This document shows positions 1-16,348 of a stretch of 64,000 nucleotides of DNA, in pieces. Positions within the stretch are counted from its first letter, which is position 1, and each line of letters starts with the position of its first letter. The DNA lies in the NCBI GenBank assembly GCA_031411295.1, contig JANOAV010000057.1, positions 1-64,000 on the forward strand, given 5' to 3'. This DNA is from Verrucomicrobiales bacterium (GTDB lineage Bacteria; Verrucomicrobiota; Verrucomicrobiia; Verrucomicrobiales; V1-33). The translations under genes and the position numbers were made by a program. The notes under the pieces are model-generated. The model was not told the origin of the DNA. It saw only the letters and a program-made list of their open reading frames with translations, and searched no databases.

Positions 1-374
1 GGGGAGAGAGGGGGGGAAGGATGAATTATGAATTATGAAGGAAAAAGGATGAGTTAGAGGTGTGCCCGGCCTTTGTGCGGTCAATGATGGTGTTCTGCAT
101 AGGCTGACGGGCGGTTCATGGTGGAATATTTATTGTTATGAGTATAGCTCTGCCTTTCCGCGTTGCCAAGATTTTTCTTGGCGGCGGATTATTGCGGGTT
201 TCCTTCGGGCGCTTCCTGCGCTTAGGCGGAGTCTAGGACGAGCGTGCGGCCGTCTCGAACCACTAGGCGTTTGACGGATTAACAGAAAACCCATTGACAT
301 GAATTTTCGTGTAAGTCCATAAAGACAGAGAAAATTTTATTGTCGTTCCAGGGAACGCAATCGGTGAGCAGATT

Positions 375-602
375 CTACTCCCCATCCTCATCATGCCCGT
401 GGTGATGATCATGCGAATCTTCATCATCTCCCAGTTCCTCATGGCGATCGGAATTCTGCCGCTCGGAATTGCGCTCAGATTCTGGCCTGCGTTGATACGG
501 AAATCTGATTGCCAGCAGCACTACACCAGCCACCATCAGTCCAAAAAGGCACGCAGCCAACTTCTCCCCTACGGTGCTGCTTACGGTTAGGATCAGGTTC
601 AT
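375..602 (-). CDS. Small putative membrane protein with acidic/His-rich tail
   Basis: 75-aa ORF with one hydrophobic stretch (LAACLFGLMVAGVVLLAI) then a charged D/E/H-rich C-terminus; divergent from metH. No family recognised. Confidence 0.4.
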   Translation of the reverse strand: MNLILTVSSTVGEKLAACLFGLMVAGVVLLAIRFPYQRRPESERNSERQNSDRHEELGDDEDSHDHHHGHDEDGE

Positions 603-738
603 GGATTACGGAAGGGTTGGAAGTGGAGGACTTAGGAGAGAGGCCTCATCAAGAAAATACCACAACGCATCAACATATCCAGATATTTCAATATATTCCC
701 CTTGAATCGGGATGAATCGGGGAAATATTGGGGGTGAT

Positions 739-6450
<5,712 letters not shown>

Positions 6451-6459
<9 letters not shown>

Positions 6460-7731
6460 GTTTTCCGCCGGTTCATCCGGCACCGGGAAACATCCCCGAC
6501 TCATCAATAGGACCATCAGCAGCGGCGCATACAGGCCGAGGGAAACCAGCATGGCCAACCGGGACGGCTCAGCGCTTGCGTTGGCCCAAGGGAGACCCCA
6601 GGCCTGCAAAACTTGCGACCAAGCAACCTGCCAGAACGTCCACGCGGTATTCAGCGCCACGATGGAGAACAGCGCAGCTGCCAGCCACCAGCCCCATTTC
6701 GCGCGGCGGATGACGGCCCGTTGCGCTAACCAGAAGCCTCCGATCAGGAGCGCCAGCACTCCCCAGCCACCCGCTCCAGAGATCAACTGGCCAGCCAGCG
6801 GCAATGCCGGAGCCAGGAAAAATTGCGCCGCTAGAATCACGATGGCCCACCAGCAACCGATCCAGAGCATGAGGAGCGGCTCGGGGATATCATCTGTCCA
6901 GCGTGCAGTCGCATCGGCCCTGCGGCACAGATGAGGCAAGTAAGCTCGCTGATAAATGGCAATGATGACGAGTGGAAGGGCAATGCCGAAGATTCCCACC
7001 AGCAGCAGGAGCCGACCAATGCTCAGCGCCACACTGTGCTCGATGTTACCGGAGGTCGGAGTTAGGAGGAACACCCCAGCGGTAATGACCGCCAGCCCGA
7101 TTAACACCGCCAGCGCCACAAACCAACCACCTGCGTGAATCAATGGCACCGACCACCGCCGCCGCCGCAGCGAGCCCAGCCCAGCCATGGCCAACGCCAT
7201 GGCCGGCACGCCCGTCAACCAAGTCTGGACCAGCGCTTGGCGGATCCACGGACCGCGGTCCGACCCCGTTTCCTGACACGCTTTGACCCAGACGGGTGGA
7301 ATCGTGCAGGCCAGCAGCATGGCTAGGAAAATCAGCACCATTCCGCCAATCACCAATCCCACGCCACGCTCTTCCCAGCCCGTGTCATCCCATGTTTCCT
7401 CCACCAATTCGTGGGCCATACTCTCTTCAGCCTGGATCAAGCCAGTGGGAAGTGCTTCCTCATGCCCTTCGGCCAAGGCGCTCACGGCCCAAGGCGCGAT
7501 GATTTCTTCATCCAGCTCCGCGGGCGCAGGCTCGGAGGGCTCATCCATGGCTTCCGGCTCAGGCGCGGCATGCAACTGCGCTGCCAAGGCGTTGAGATGG
7601 GGGAAAGCGGGATGTTCCGTGAAGGCCATGGCGGTCCGTGGCTCTGGCGGAGAGATTGTTGCGACCTGTTGCAACAATTCTTGTAAATTCGGGAAATCGG
7701 GTGATGTGTCAGGGGAGGACGCGGCGGCCAT
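6451..7731 (-). CDS. Hypothetical multi-pass membrane protein with acidic N-terminal region
   Basis: 426 aa; E/P-rich N-terminus then about 8 hydrophobic segments; convergent with metH, with overlapping 3' ends. Confidence 0.75.
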
Positions 7732-7796
7732 AGACGCGCACCCTGAAACACAAACTCTTCCCTGTAAACCCTTCCCTCTCGCTCAAACAAGGTGCC

Positions 7797-8606
7797 ATGT
7801 CTTCGCCACCCCTTTTTAGTTCACCCCCCGTCGCGCTGAGCGTTGCCGGTAGCGATAGTTCCGCTGGAGCGGGCTTGCAGGCTGATTTGAAGACCTTTGG
7901 GGCGCATGGGGTTTATGGTCTCACCGCCGTGACCTGCGTGGTCTCTGAGTTGCCTGGAAATGTGAGCCGGATCATCCCCTGTCCCGCCTCCATGGTGAAG
8001 GATCAGATGGAAATTTTGTTTAACGGCTTTCCGATCGCAGCGCTGAAAACGGGCATGCTCTTCTCGATCGAGATCATTGCAGCGGTGGCGGAAGTCCTCT
8101 CCAGCCTGCCGCAACGTCCCTGGCTGGTGGTGGATCCGGTCATGATTGCCACCAGCGGGGATTCCCTGCTCCAAGCAGATGCCGTCACGGCCTATCAAAA
8201 ACTACTCTTCCCCATGGCGACCCTGCTCACGCCGAACTTGGATGAAGCCAGTGTCCTGTTGGGCCGGAAAATTTCCCAGCGTGAGCAACTAGCCTCCGCA
8301 GCTCAGGAACTGGCTGGGCGTTATGGCTGTGCGGTCCTGCTCAAGGGTGGTCATCTGGCGGGGCCGGAAGCGGTGGATGTGCTTTATGCGGACGGTAGCT
8401 TTACCGAATTGGTGGCACCATTTGTCCCCCATGTTAGCACGCATGGGACGGGTTGCACGTATGCGGCAGCCATTACGGCTGGCCTGGCGTGCGGGTTGAC
8501 GTTGCGGGAGGCCGTCACGGCCGGCAAACGTTATGTGACCGCCGCCATCGGCCAATCCTTTGCCTGGGGCGACGTGCAGGCCCTGAACCACGCTCCTGGG
8601 CTATGA
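7797..8606 (+). CDS. thiD: Hydroxymethylpyrimidine/phosphomethylpyrimidine kinase
   Basis: SVAGSDSSAGAGLQADLKTF, KTGML, VVDPVM, TPNLDEA, KGGH, THGTGCT. Confidence 0.93.
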   Translation: MSSPPLFSSPPVALSVAGSDSSAGAGLQADLKTFGAHGVYGLTAVTCVVSELPGNVSRIIPCPASMVKDQMEILFNGFPIAALKTGMLFSIEIIAAVAEVLSSLPQRPWLVVDPVMIATSGDSLLQADAVTAYQKLLFPMATLLTPNLDEASVLLGRKISQREQLASAAQELAGRYGCAVLLKGGHLAGPEAVDVLYADGSFTELVAPFVPHVSTHGTGCTYAAAITAGLACGLTLREAVTAGKRYVTAAIGQSFAWGDVQALNHAPGL

Positions 8607-9646
8607 AATACGTTGCTCTGTTGCTGCTTCGTTTATGGATGGTGGCCGCTTCCGCCGACTCCGTGGTGGATCAATTGCCGCAAGCCAAGTTACAGGAAAT
8701 ATTCCAGCGCTTGCAAAGCGAATCGCTCCAATCCGCCAGACTAACCGATGAAGAGCTGAATCGGGCCGCCGTGCAGGGGTTGCTGGAGCGGATGGGCCCG
8801 GGATTTCAAATTGTGACCAAAGACAGCGGATTCCAAGGCAAGCTGGTTTCCGAATTGCTGAGTGCGGAGATCGCTTACCTGCGCCCGGCCAGCTTCACGG
8901 TGGAGGAGTTACCTGCATTGGATCAAGCGCTGGAGGCCTTGGTGAAATCTTCCGCTACCACGCTGATCCTTGATTTCCGCAGCCCGGCCCCACCTGGCAC
9001 GGCCGAGCTGGCGGCCCAGTGGCTGAGTCGCTTCATGCCTGCGGGCGGTCCCTTGTTTACCGTGCGCACGGCGGGGTCTGCGACTCCCCAGACTTTTTCC
9101 GCAACGGGAAAGCCGCTTTGGACCAAGCCCGTGCTGGGGTTGATCGATGCGGAAACGAATAACACGGCCGAAGCCGTCGCCTCCGTGTTGCAGCGGCAGC
9201 GGCAAATGTTCCTCGTCGGGACCAGCACCCTGGGACAGCCTATTGGCTACCGCACCCATGCCCTCTCGGAGACGCTGGAAATGCGCTGGGCGCAGAGCGA
9301 ATTGATGTTGGATGAGAAGACCAGCCTGTTTCAGCATGGCCTCAAGCCGGCATTGGAAACTCCCTTTGACCTCACCACTAAACGTCAACAATTTACTGCC
9401 AGCGAGACCACCGGCATGAAGCGATTCGCCTTCGAAACGGAACGCCCGCGACTCAACGAAGCCGCCCTCGTGGCTCGCACCAATCCAGAATTAGACTACC
9501 ACATCGCTCAGAGCGCCCATCAGCCCACGCCGTTCGATCTCCCCACCGCGCGCGATCCGGTGCTCCAGCAGGCGCTTGATTTCCTAACCGCACAGGCGTT
9601 CTTGCAATCCACCCCGACGACCGAACTGCCCGCTGCTCCCAAATAA
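8603..9646 (+). CDS. Exported S41 (tail-specific protease)-like protein, probably catalytically degenerate
   Basis: Signal peptide; IAYLR, LILDFR, GLIDAETNNTAEAVA, LVGTSTLG, HGLKP and DPVLQQAL follow the S41 layout. ATGA overlap with the thiD stop. Confidence 0.7.
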   Translation: MKYVALLLLRLWMVAASADSVVDQLPQAKLQEIFQRLQSESLQSARLTDEELNRAAVQGLLERMGPGFQIVTKDSGFQGKLVSELLSAEIAYLRPASFTVEELPALDQALEALVKSSATTLILDFRSPAPPGTAELAAQWLSRFMPAGGPLFTVRTAGSATPQTFSATGKPLWTKPVLGLIDAETNNTAEAVASVLQRQRQMFLVGTSTLGQPIGYRTHALSETLEMRWAQSELMLDEKTSLFQHGLKPALETPFDLTTKRQQFTASETTGMKRFAFETERPRLNEAALVARTNPELDYHIAQSAHQPTPFDLPTARDPVLQQALDFLTAQAFLQSTPTTELPAAPK

Positions 9647-9701
9647 TTCCCGGCTCTCCTTCGGCTTGTTTCCTTCCCTTCCCCATGCTACTCTCCCTCC
9701 T

Positions 9702-10814
9702 ATGAAAAGTGCCCTCCCCCTAATTACCGCCAGCTTCCTCAGCTGGAGTTATGTCCTGGCTGAGCCCCCTGCGGCCAGTCCCCCGGTGGTGTTGGCCGCC
9801 AGTCAGGGCGTAGGCGAGCAAGCCCGGCGGGACGGTTGGCAGAGTGCCTGTCTGGCGGTGGATCTGATTCATGTGAAAGAGGGATTTCCCGGACTCAAAG
9901 CTTGGTTGGAAGACTTCAAACAAGCAGATGCTGCCGTGACCGCGGCAGGAGCCAAAGCGGCTTTGCCTGATCTTAAAATCGATCAACTGGTGACGGGTAA
10001 TCACAATTTCTGGGCCGCTTATTACGAAATTGTGCCAGGCGACCCCGCCCTGTCCCTGCTGCATTCCGGCCTGCTGCTAGCAGGGGGAGAAGCCCAGCGT
10101 GCGAGTGCCATTGCGACCATTGGCTTGCAGCGCCCATCCATTCCTAACTCGTTCCGCAAAGGCTTGCAGCGCGTCATTGATCGGGCTTACGCCGCGCAGG
10201 AGGCCGCTATCGAGTTAACCAAAGTTGGGGTGCAATTGCATGATGAGAAAAAATTTCCGGAAGCGTTAACAAAATATGACGCAGCGCTCAAACTCTGGGC
10301 CAACTGCGGGTGGACCCACTATGAAAGGGGGTTCACGCTGCGCACCATGGCCACCAAAACGGCTGGCGATCAGCCTGGATCTGCGGGAAGCGAACCACCG
10401 GAAGTCGTCCGTGCCTTCGCACGGGCGCGACAGCATGATCCATTGCAGATTCCCGCATATCAAAGCCCCGACCCAGTGATCTTGAAATCGCTGCCGCCCT
10501 TGACCCAGAAAGTGAAGCCCGCCTGGGTTAAGTTGGAAGCGGACCCCGCGCACACCCTCTCCGATCCAGATCTTAAATCCCTGGCCGAAGGCTTCCAGCG
10601 GGCCGGCATCCACGATTACGCCCTCGCTGCCCACAGCGTCATGGTGGCACGGGCGGGCCGATATTTGCCCAGTGATGTCATCTGGATTAGTGATAGCTTG
10701 GCGGAAATCGCGCCCGGTCCTGCCACGGAGAAAGCGTTGCAAATGCTGGAAGGGAAGGAACTCCATCTCCTGACTCTGGTCCCCATCGTTCCACCTCCTG
10801 CCGAGGAGAAATAA
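9702..10814 (+). CDS. Exported helical/TPR-like hypothetical protein
   Basis: Signal peptide; TPR-like segment GVQLHDEKKFPEALTKYDAALKL..YERG. Confidence 0.7.
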   Translation: MKSALPLITASFLSWSYVLAEPPAASPPVVLAASQGVGEQARRDGWQSACLAVDLIHVKEGFPGLKAWLEDFKQADAAVTAAGAKAALPDLKIDQLVTGNHNFWAAYYEIVPGDPALSLLHSGLLLAGGEAQRASAIATIGLQRPSIPNSFRKGLQRVIDRAYAAQEAAIELTKVGVQLHDEKKFPEALTKYDAALKLWANCGWTHYERGFTLRTMATKTAGDQPGSAGSEPPEVVRAFARARQHDPLQIPAYQSPDPVILKSLPPLTQKVKPAWVKLEADPAHTLSDPDLKSLAEGFQRAGIHDYALAAHSVMVARAGRYLPSDVIWISDSLAEIAPGPATEKALQMLEGKELHLLTLVPIVPPPAEEK

Positions 10815-10821
10815 GCACAGT

Positions 10822-11955
10822 ATGGCGCGCTCACTTCTCGCAGCGGTTGCTCTGAGTTTGCTGGCAATCGCCACCTTGGCCACCTCGGCCAGCGCGGCCC
10901 AGCGCGTGCTCTTCCTGGGTGACTCCTTAAGCATGGGGGCCTTCGGGACCACGCTGGACAAACGGTTGCGCGAGGCCGACCTGGAAGTTTACACCTCCGT
11001 CACTGGTGGCGCCACCCCCGTCTATTGGTTGGAGGAATTCCCGCCCATGCCGACCGATATTGGGCATTGGAAGAAAACGCCCAAGGAGGATCAACGCGTC
11101 AAAGTGCTGGACGCGACGCCCAAAGTGGAGGCGCTCATCGCTGCCTACAAGCCGGATGCCGTCATCGTGCAGACAGGCACCAATCTATACTCGGCGCTAC
11201 GTTCATCCAGGACCACCCCGGAACAGGCGCAGACCAAAGTGCTCAGCCTGATGCAGAAAATGGCTGCCGCCATCACCTCCCGTGGCTGCACCCTTTACTG
11301 GATTACCCCAGCCAGCGCGCATCCCGAAAAATTCCCGGCCCCGCTGCAACGACTCATGTTGGATCTAACCAAGCGGGCGGTGGGGACCTCCGGCCGCGTT
11401 TTCGACAGCTTTGCGGTCACCACCTACCAAGATCCCTATCCCGCCCCGGGCAATGACGGCATCCACTATGGCCCCACGGAAGCCGCCGCGTGGGCGGAAA
11501 TCGTGGCTCCAGATGCCATTTCCTTTCTCAAAACAGGCCCGTCCCCGCGCATCCCCAAAGCCACCGTGCCACCGATCGCTCCGCGCGCCCGCATTGTGGA
11601 GGATGACCCCACCGAAGCGGATTCCAGCGCCCTGACTGCGGAAATTCGTCTGGTGCGCAAATCTGATTTCACCACGCCCTCAGAGATTACCTACAACAAC
11701 GCCCTCGCCATCTACGAATGGGAAATCCTTCGCGTCATCGAAGGCACCCATTCCTCCAAGCGGATCCTCGTGGCGCACCAAGTGGTTAAAGGTCGGAAAA
11801 TAACCCCTGAGCGGGATCTCAAGTTGGGCAAAACCTACATCGTCCAACTCGTGCCCCTCAGCGACTATCCCAGCGTCGAAAGCTGGCAGACGATCGACAA
11901 AATCAGCCAGGACCTCTCCCGGCAAGGCACCATCTATATCCCGAAAATGGATTGA
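10822..11955 (+). CDS. Exported SGNH/GDSL hydrolase family protein
   Basis: Signal peptide, FLGDSL, QTGTN, DGIHY; extra C-terminal beta domain. Confidence 0.85.
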   Translation: MARSLLAAVALSLLAIATLATSASAAQRVLFLGDSLSMGAFGTTLDKRLREADLEVYTSVTGGATPVYWLEEFPPMPTDIGHWKKTPKEDQRVKVLDATPKVEALIAAYKPDAVIVQTGTNLYSALRSSRTTPEQAQTKVLSLMQKMAAAITSRGCTLYWITPASAHPEKFPAPLQRLMLDLTKRAVGTSGRVFDSFAVTTYQDPYPAPGNDGIHYGPTEAAAWAEIVAPDAISFLKTGPSPRIPKATVPPIAPRARIVEDDPTEADSSALTAEIRLVRKSDFTTPSEITYNNALAIYEWEILRVIEGTHSSKRILVAHQVVKGRKITPERDLKLGKTYIVQLVPLSDYPSVESWQTIDKISQDLSRQGTIYIPKMD

Positions 11956-12074
11956 CCCTTCCGTCGTGCACGCGGTAAATTCCTCCATCAATTCCTTGGC
12001 TTCCATCAACAAATTCGCCTACCGAGACTTCCTTGACGCAGGGGAAACCAAAGGTAAATAATTTACGCTACAAC

Positions 12075-12449
12075 ATGAAGACACCCTTCACACGAATTCG
12101 TTGGTCCGCCGTTCTGCTGGGCCTGGCCGTTGCGGTTGGCGTGTGGGGGGCTTGGCGATACACCCACCCGAAGCCAGATACAGCCAACGTGCAGTTACCT
12201 AACTATGACGGTCCGATGGCTGAGCGGGATTACGCAGGCGGGATGAAGCGGTTTCTGGTTTACGGTTTGAACACCGCCAGACCAGCGCTCCCAGCGCAAC
12301 TGACTGAGGCTGGGGTCAGCTATTTTGAGGTGGCTGGTTGTGTGCCCCCGATCGATTCCATTGCAGGCATTCGAGCTTACAACGATCAGATGAGAATTTT
12401 ACTCCAGAGGGACACGGGATTGGATCTCACCACCTTCCTCCCCCGCTGA
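12075..12449 (+). CDS. Hypothetical membrane-anchored protein
   Basis: ATG start, N-terminal TM helix, about 124 aa. Confidence 0.55.
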   Translation: MKTPFTRIRWSAVLLGLAVAVGVWGAWRYTHPKPDTANVQLPNYDGPMAERDYAGGMKRFLVYGLNTARPALPAQLTEAGVSYFEVAGCVPPIDSIAGIRAYNDQMRILLQRDTGLDLTTFLPR

Positions 12450-12609
12450 TCCCTGTCGTGCCTGTGGCAGGCTGCGAGTGGGGAAATGGGCCAAATTTGC
12501 TTTGTTGGCGGAGCCCGGTTTGAGTTCAAAAATCCGCCCCCGGTCCCAGTCGAAGCTTGCATTTTCCCATTTCTTACGCACCAATGCCACCCTGCTTAAC
12601 CAACTGCTT

Positions 12610-13299
12610 ATGAAATTCTCCCGCCGCTTCATCCTTTCCTCCTTCACCGCGCTTGCTGCGGTCACTGTGCTTGGCGCTTGTGGCTCCAAGGAGTCGTCCT
12701 CGCCCAGCGCTAGTGCCACCGAAGTCCTGCCTCCGGAATACCCCAGCGATCCCATTGTGCTCATCAAGACGAGCATGGGTGATATCCGCGCGGAACTCTA
12801 TGCGGAAAAGGCCCCCAAGACCGTGGCCAATTTCCTGAGCTATGTTGGCAAAAAACACTTCGACAACACCATCTTCCACCGCGTCATTTCCACCTTCATG
12901 ATTCAGGGTGGTGGATTCGAGAATCAGAACGGAAATTTCGTCGAAAAAGCCACGGAACCTCCGGTTGCAAACGAATCCTACAATGGCCTCAAGAACCGCC
13001 GCGGCACCCTGGCCATGGCGCGCACCGGAGATCCTCACAGCGCTACCGCTCAATTCTTCATCAATACCGTGGACAACGAAATGCTGAATCTGGCTCCCGG
13101 ACCTGGCAAGGAAGGCTACGCGGTCTTCGGCAAGGTCTTATCCGGCATGGAGGTGGTGGATGCGATTCGCAATGTGCCCACCGCCACGTCCCAACTGACT
13201 TCCCGTGCGCCCGGCGGGCAACTCATGCCCGGACCAAATGAGAACGTTCCCGTCAAGGCCGTCATCATCAACAGCATCACCCAGGAAGCTGCCAAGTAA
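12610..13299 (+). CDS. Cyclophilin-type peptidyl-prolyl isomerase, probable lipoprotein
   Basis: APKTVANF, FHRVISTFMIQGGG, GTLAMAR, SATAQFFIN, YAVFGKV; lipobox LGAC. Confidence 0.93.
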   Translation: MKFSRRFILSSFTALAAVTVLGACGSKESSSPSASATEVLPPEYPSDPIVLIKTSMGDIRAELYAEKAPKTVANFLSYVGKKHFDNTIFHRVISTFMIQGGGFENQNGNFVEKATEPPVANESYNGLKNRRGTLAMARTGDPHSATAQFFINTVDNEMLNLAPGPGKEGYAVFGKVLSGMEVVDAIRNVPTATSQLTSRAPGGQLMPGPNENVPVKAVIINSITQEAAK

Positions 13300-14439
<1,140 letters not shown>

Positions 14440-14460
14440 CCGATCAGATGGTAACCTCAG

Positions 14461-16164
14461 CTAGCGCATGACCAACACGGTGTAGCGCCAGGTGAGTTTT
14501 TGCTCAGCCCCGGCGGCCAACTTCACGTTCCAAGTAAGTTCTTGTTGCGGATTGACGCTGGTGGACCCCTCGGAGCGGAGGGATTTCTTTGGTTCACCTT
14601 CAGCCTCGACCAGGGTGCCGGAAAATTGGCCACGCACAATCGTGGTGACCTCCTGGCTGCGGAAGTTTTGCAGCTTCAGGGATCCCTTCACCTTCGTGCG
14701 TTGATACTCGTGACCACCAATCCACACGACTTCACGACCACCTTCCTCCTCCACTTCGTTCGCCTCCGTGCGGACGCTCAGCGCCTTGGTGATGCGCAGG
14801 CACGTTTGCTGCCCGGGATTGGTCCACGTGCTCATGCTTTGACCCCTAAATTTTCCGCCCTCCACCACTAACGCTGATCCTGTCGTCATGGGGAACTTGA
14901 ACGGATTGTTGAAGCGCACCGCATCCCAGGCTTGATCCTGCTCGTCCTGCGCTTCCTGACGTCCGCCGCTCCGGCTCTTGAAGCGGCCGTATTCGTCGCG
15001 TTGATCCGGCACCACCCATTCCACCACACGTTCATAGCTGGCTTGATGACGCGCGATCTCCAGTGACAACGAATCACCCGTGGCGAGTTGTCGTTTACCG
15101 ATACTTTCATAGTGAATATCCCCACTCGCATTGCCCTGCTCCGGCACCTCGGGCATGGCGCTGCTATCCGCACTGCGAGCAAAATTATTATACATCACCT
15201 GCTGGCTCATGCCGTTGCCGAGGCTCCCGGAGGCATTGCGGGGCGATTGATTCAACTGCTGGAAAAACCCGCTGAGCGAAGCCCCAGGCCACAGCGGAGA
15301 ATCCACATGGGCAAATTGAATGTTGGGGAATCCCGAGATCAATTGCACATCCGTGTCCTTCAGATCCATGAGTTCATTGCGCACCAAGCCATTTTGTCTG
15401 ACCGTTAGTTTTTCTGGATCTGTCAGGTCCACCTGATAGCTCGGGACCCAGGCCAAGCCTTTCGTGAGGTAGGAAATGCGCACCACCCCATCATTGCTGG
15501 GCACCTTGCTAACATCGAAGATCAGCACGGGACGCTCCTCGGTTTTAACCCTCGGTTTAAAGGGACCACTGGCGGTGATGGTGGCAATGCTGCTGCTGTC
15601 CACATACTGCCGCCCTCCTTCCGTTTCCAACACCAGGAAACCACCGGTGGTAGGAGCCGGCAGCGCTGGCTGATTCGGGTTGGCTCCAGCACGGGATCCA
15701 TACCAACTGCTGGCGAAAGGATCCACCGAGCTGTATTCTGTGTCCCACGCAGCTTTCTGGGTGCGTTGCGGCAACTTCCACACCGTGCCTGTGATGGTCT
15801 GGGGAGCTGCATTCAGCTGCGGTTTGAGGGTCACCGTAATTTTCTGGCCCGCCAAATCCGTCTGCGCCACGCCCGTGGGGAATTCCGCTTCCTCCACCTG
15901 CTCCACCTTGCGACTCGTCGATTGAGTGGCCAACTCACCATCGCTCTCCACCCAGAACGTGCCATGCACCACGCGCGGCACTTTCTCCCAACGATAGAGC
16001 CCCGGTCCTTTCACTGGAAAGGTGACTTTCACCACCGCCAGGCCGTTCTTGAACAACCCGACGGACTCCACCTGCGGCGTTACCAGCGTTTCCTCCGCCT
16101 GAGACCAAGCCAACAAGCAGAACGACAGGATCAGGGCACGATTTGCAAAATGTAAGGTATTCAT
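14461..16164 (-). CDS. Exported DUF4139/DUF4140-like protein
   Basis: Signal peptide; VESVGLFKNGLAVV N-terminus, SYLTKGLAWVPSY, C-terminal LTWNVKLAAG...LTWRY. Confidence 0.75.
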   Translation of the reverse strand: MNTLHFANRALILSFCLLAWSQAEETLVTPQVESVGLFKNGLAVVKVTFPVKGPGLYRWEKVPRVVHGTFWVESDGELATQSTSRKVEQVEEAEFPTGVAQTDLAGQKITVTLKPQLNAAPQTITGTVWKLPQRTQKAAWDTEYSSVDPFASSWYGSRAGANPNQPALPAPTTGGFLVLETEGGRQYVDSSSIATITASGPFKPRVKTEERPVLIFDVSKVPSNDGVVRISYLTKGLAWVPSYQVDLTDPEKLTVRQNGLVRNELMDLKDTDVQLISGFPNIQFAHVDSPLWPGASLSGFFQQLNQSPRNASGSLGNGMSQQVMYNNFARSADSSAMPEVPEQGNASGDIHYESIGKRQLATGDSLSLEIARHQASYERVVEWVVPDQRDEYGRFKSRSGGRQEAQDEQDQAWDAVRFNNPFKFPMTTGSALVVEGGKFRGQSMSTWTNPGQQTCLRITKALSVRTEANEVEEEGGREVVWIGGHEYQRTKVKGSLKLQNFRSQEVTTIVRGQFSGTLVEAEGEPKKSLRSEGSTSVNPQQELTWNVKLAAGAEQKLTWRYTVLVMR

Positions 16165-16348
16165 GGAGGCAAGATATCCGCCCACGCCCGCACGGACAAA
16201 CTAAGAACTGTAAGAAATTTGTAACTCCGCAACTTCAGAATTACCCCAAGCCCCTAAAGTTCTGTGCTCCAACCCCATCCGATTAATATTGCCAAGCGGT
16301 AACGATTATTTGTATAACCTACCATCCTCAAATTCCTCCTGCTCCCCT

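Noticed and set aside
280..738. SAM or cobalamin riboswitch upstream of metH; TTGACA at 294-299
   Set aside because: No recognisable riboswitch consensus by eye, and TTGACA has no convincing -10 at 16-18 bp. An Rfam scan would settle it.
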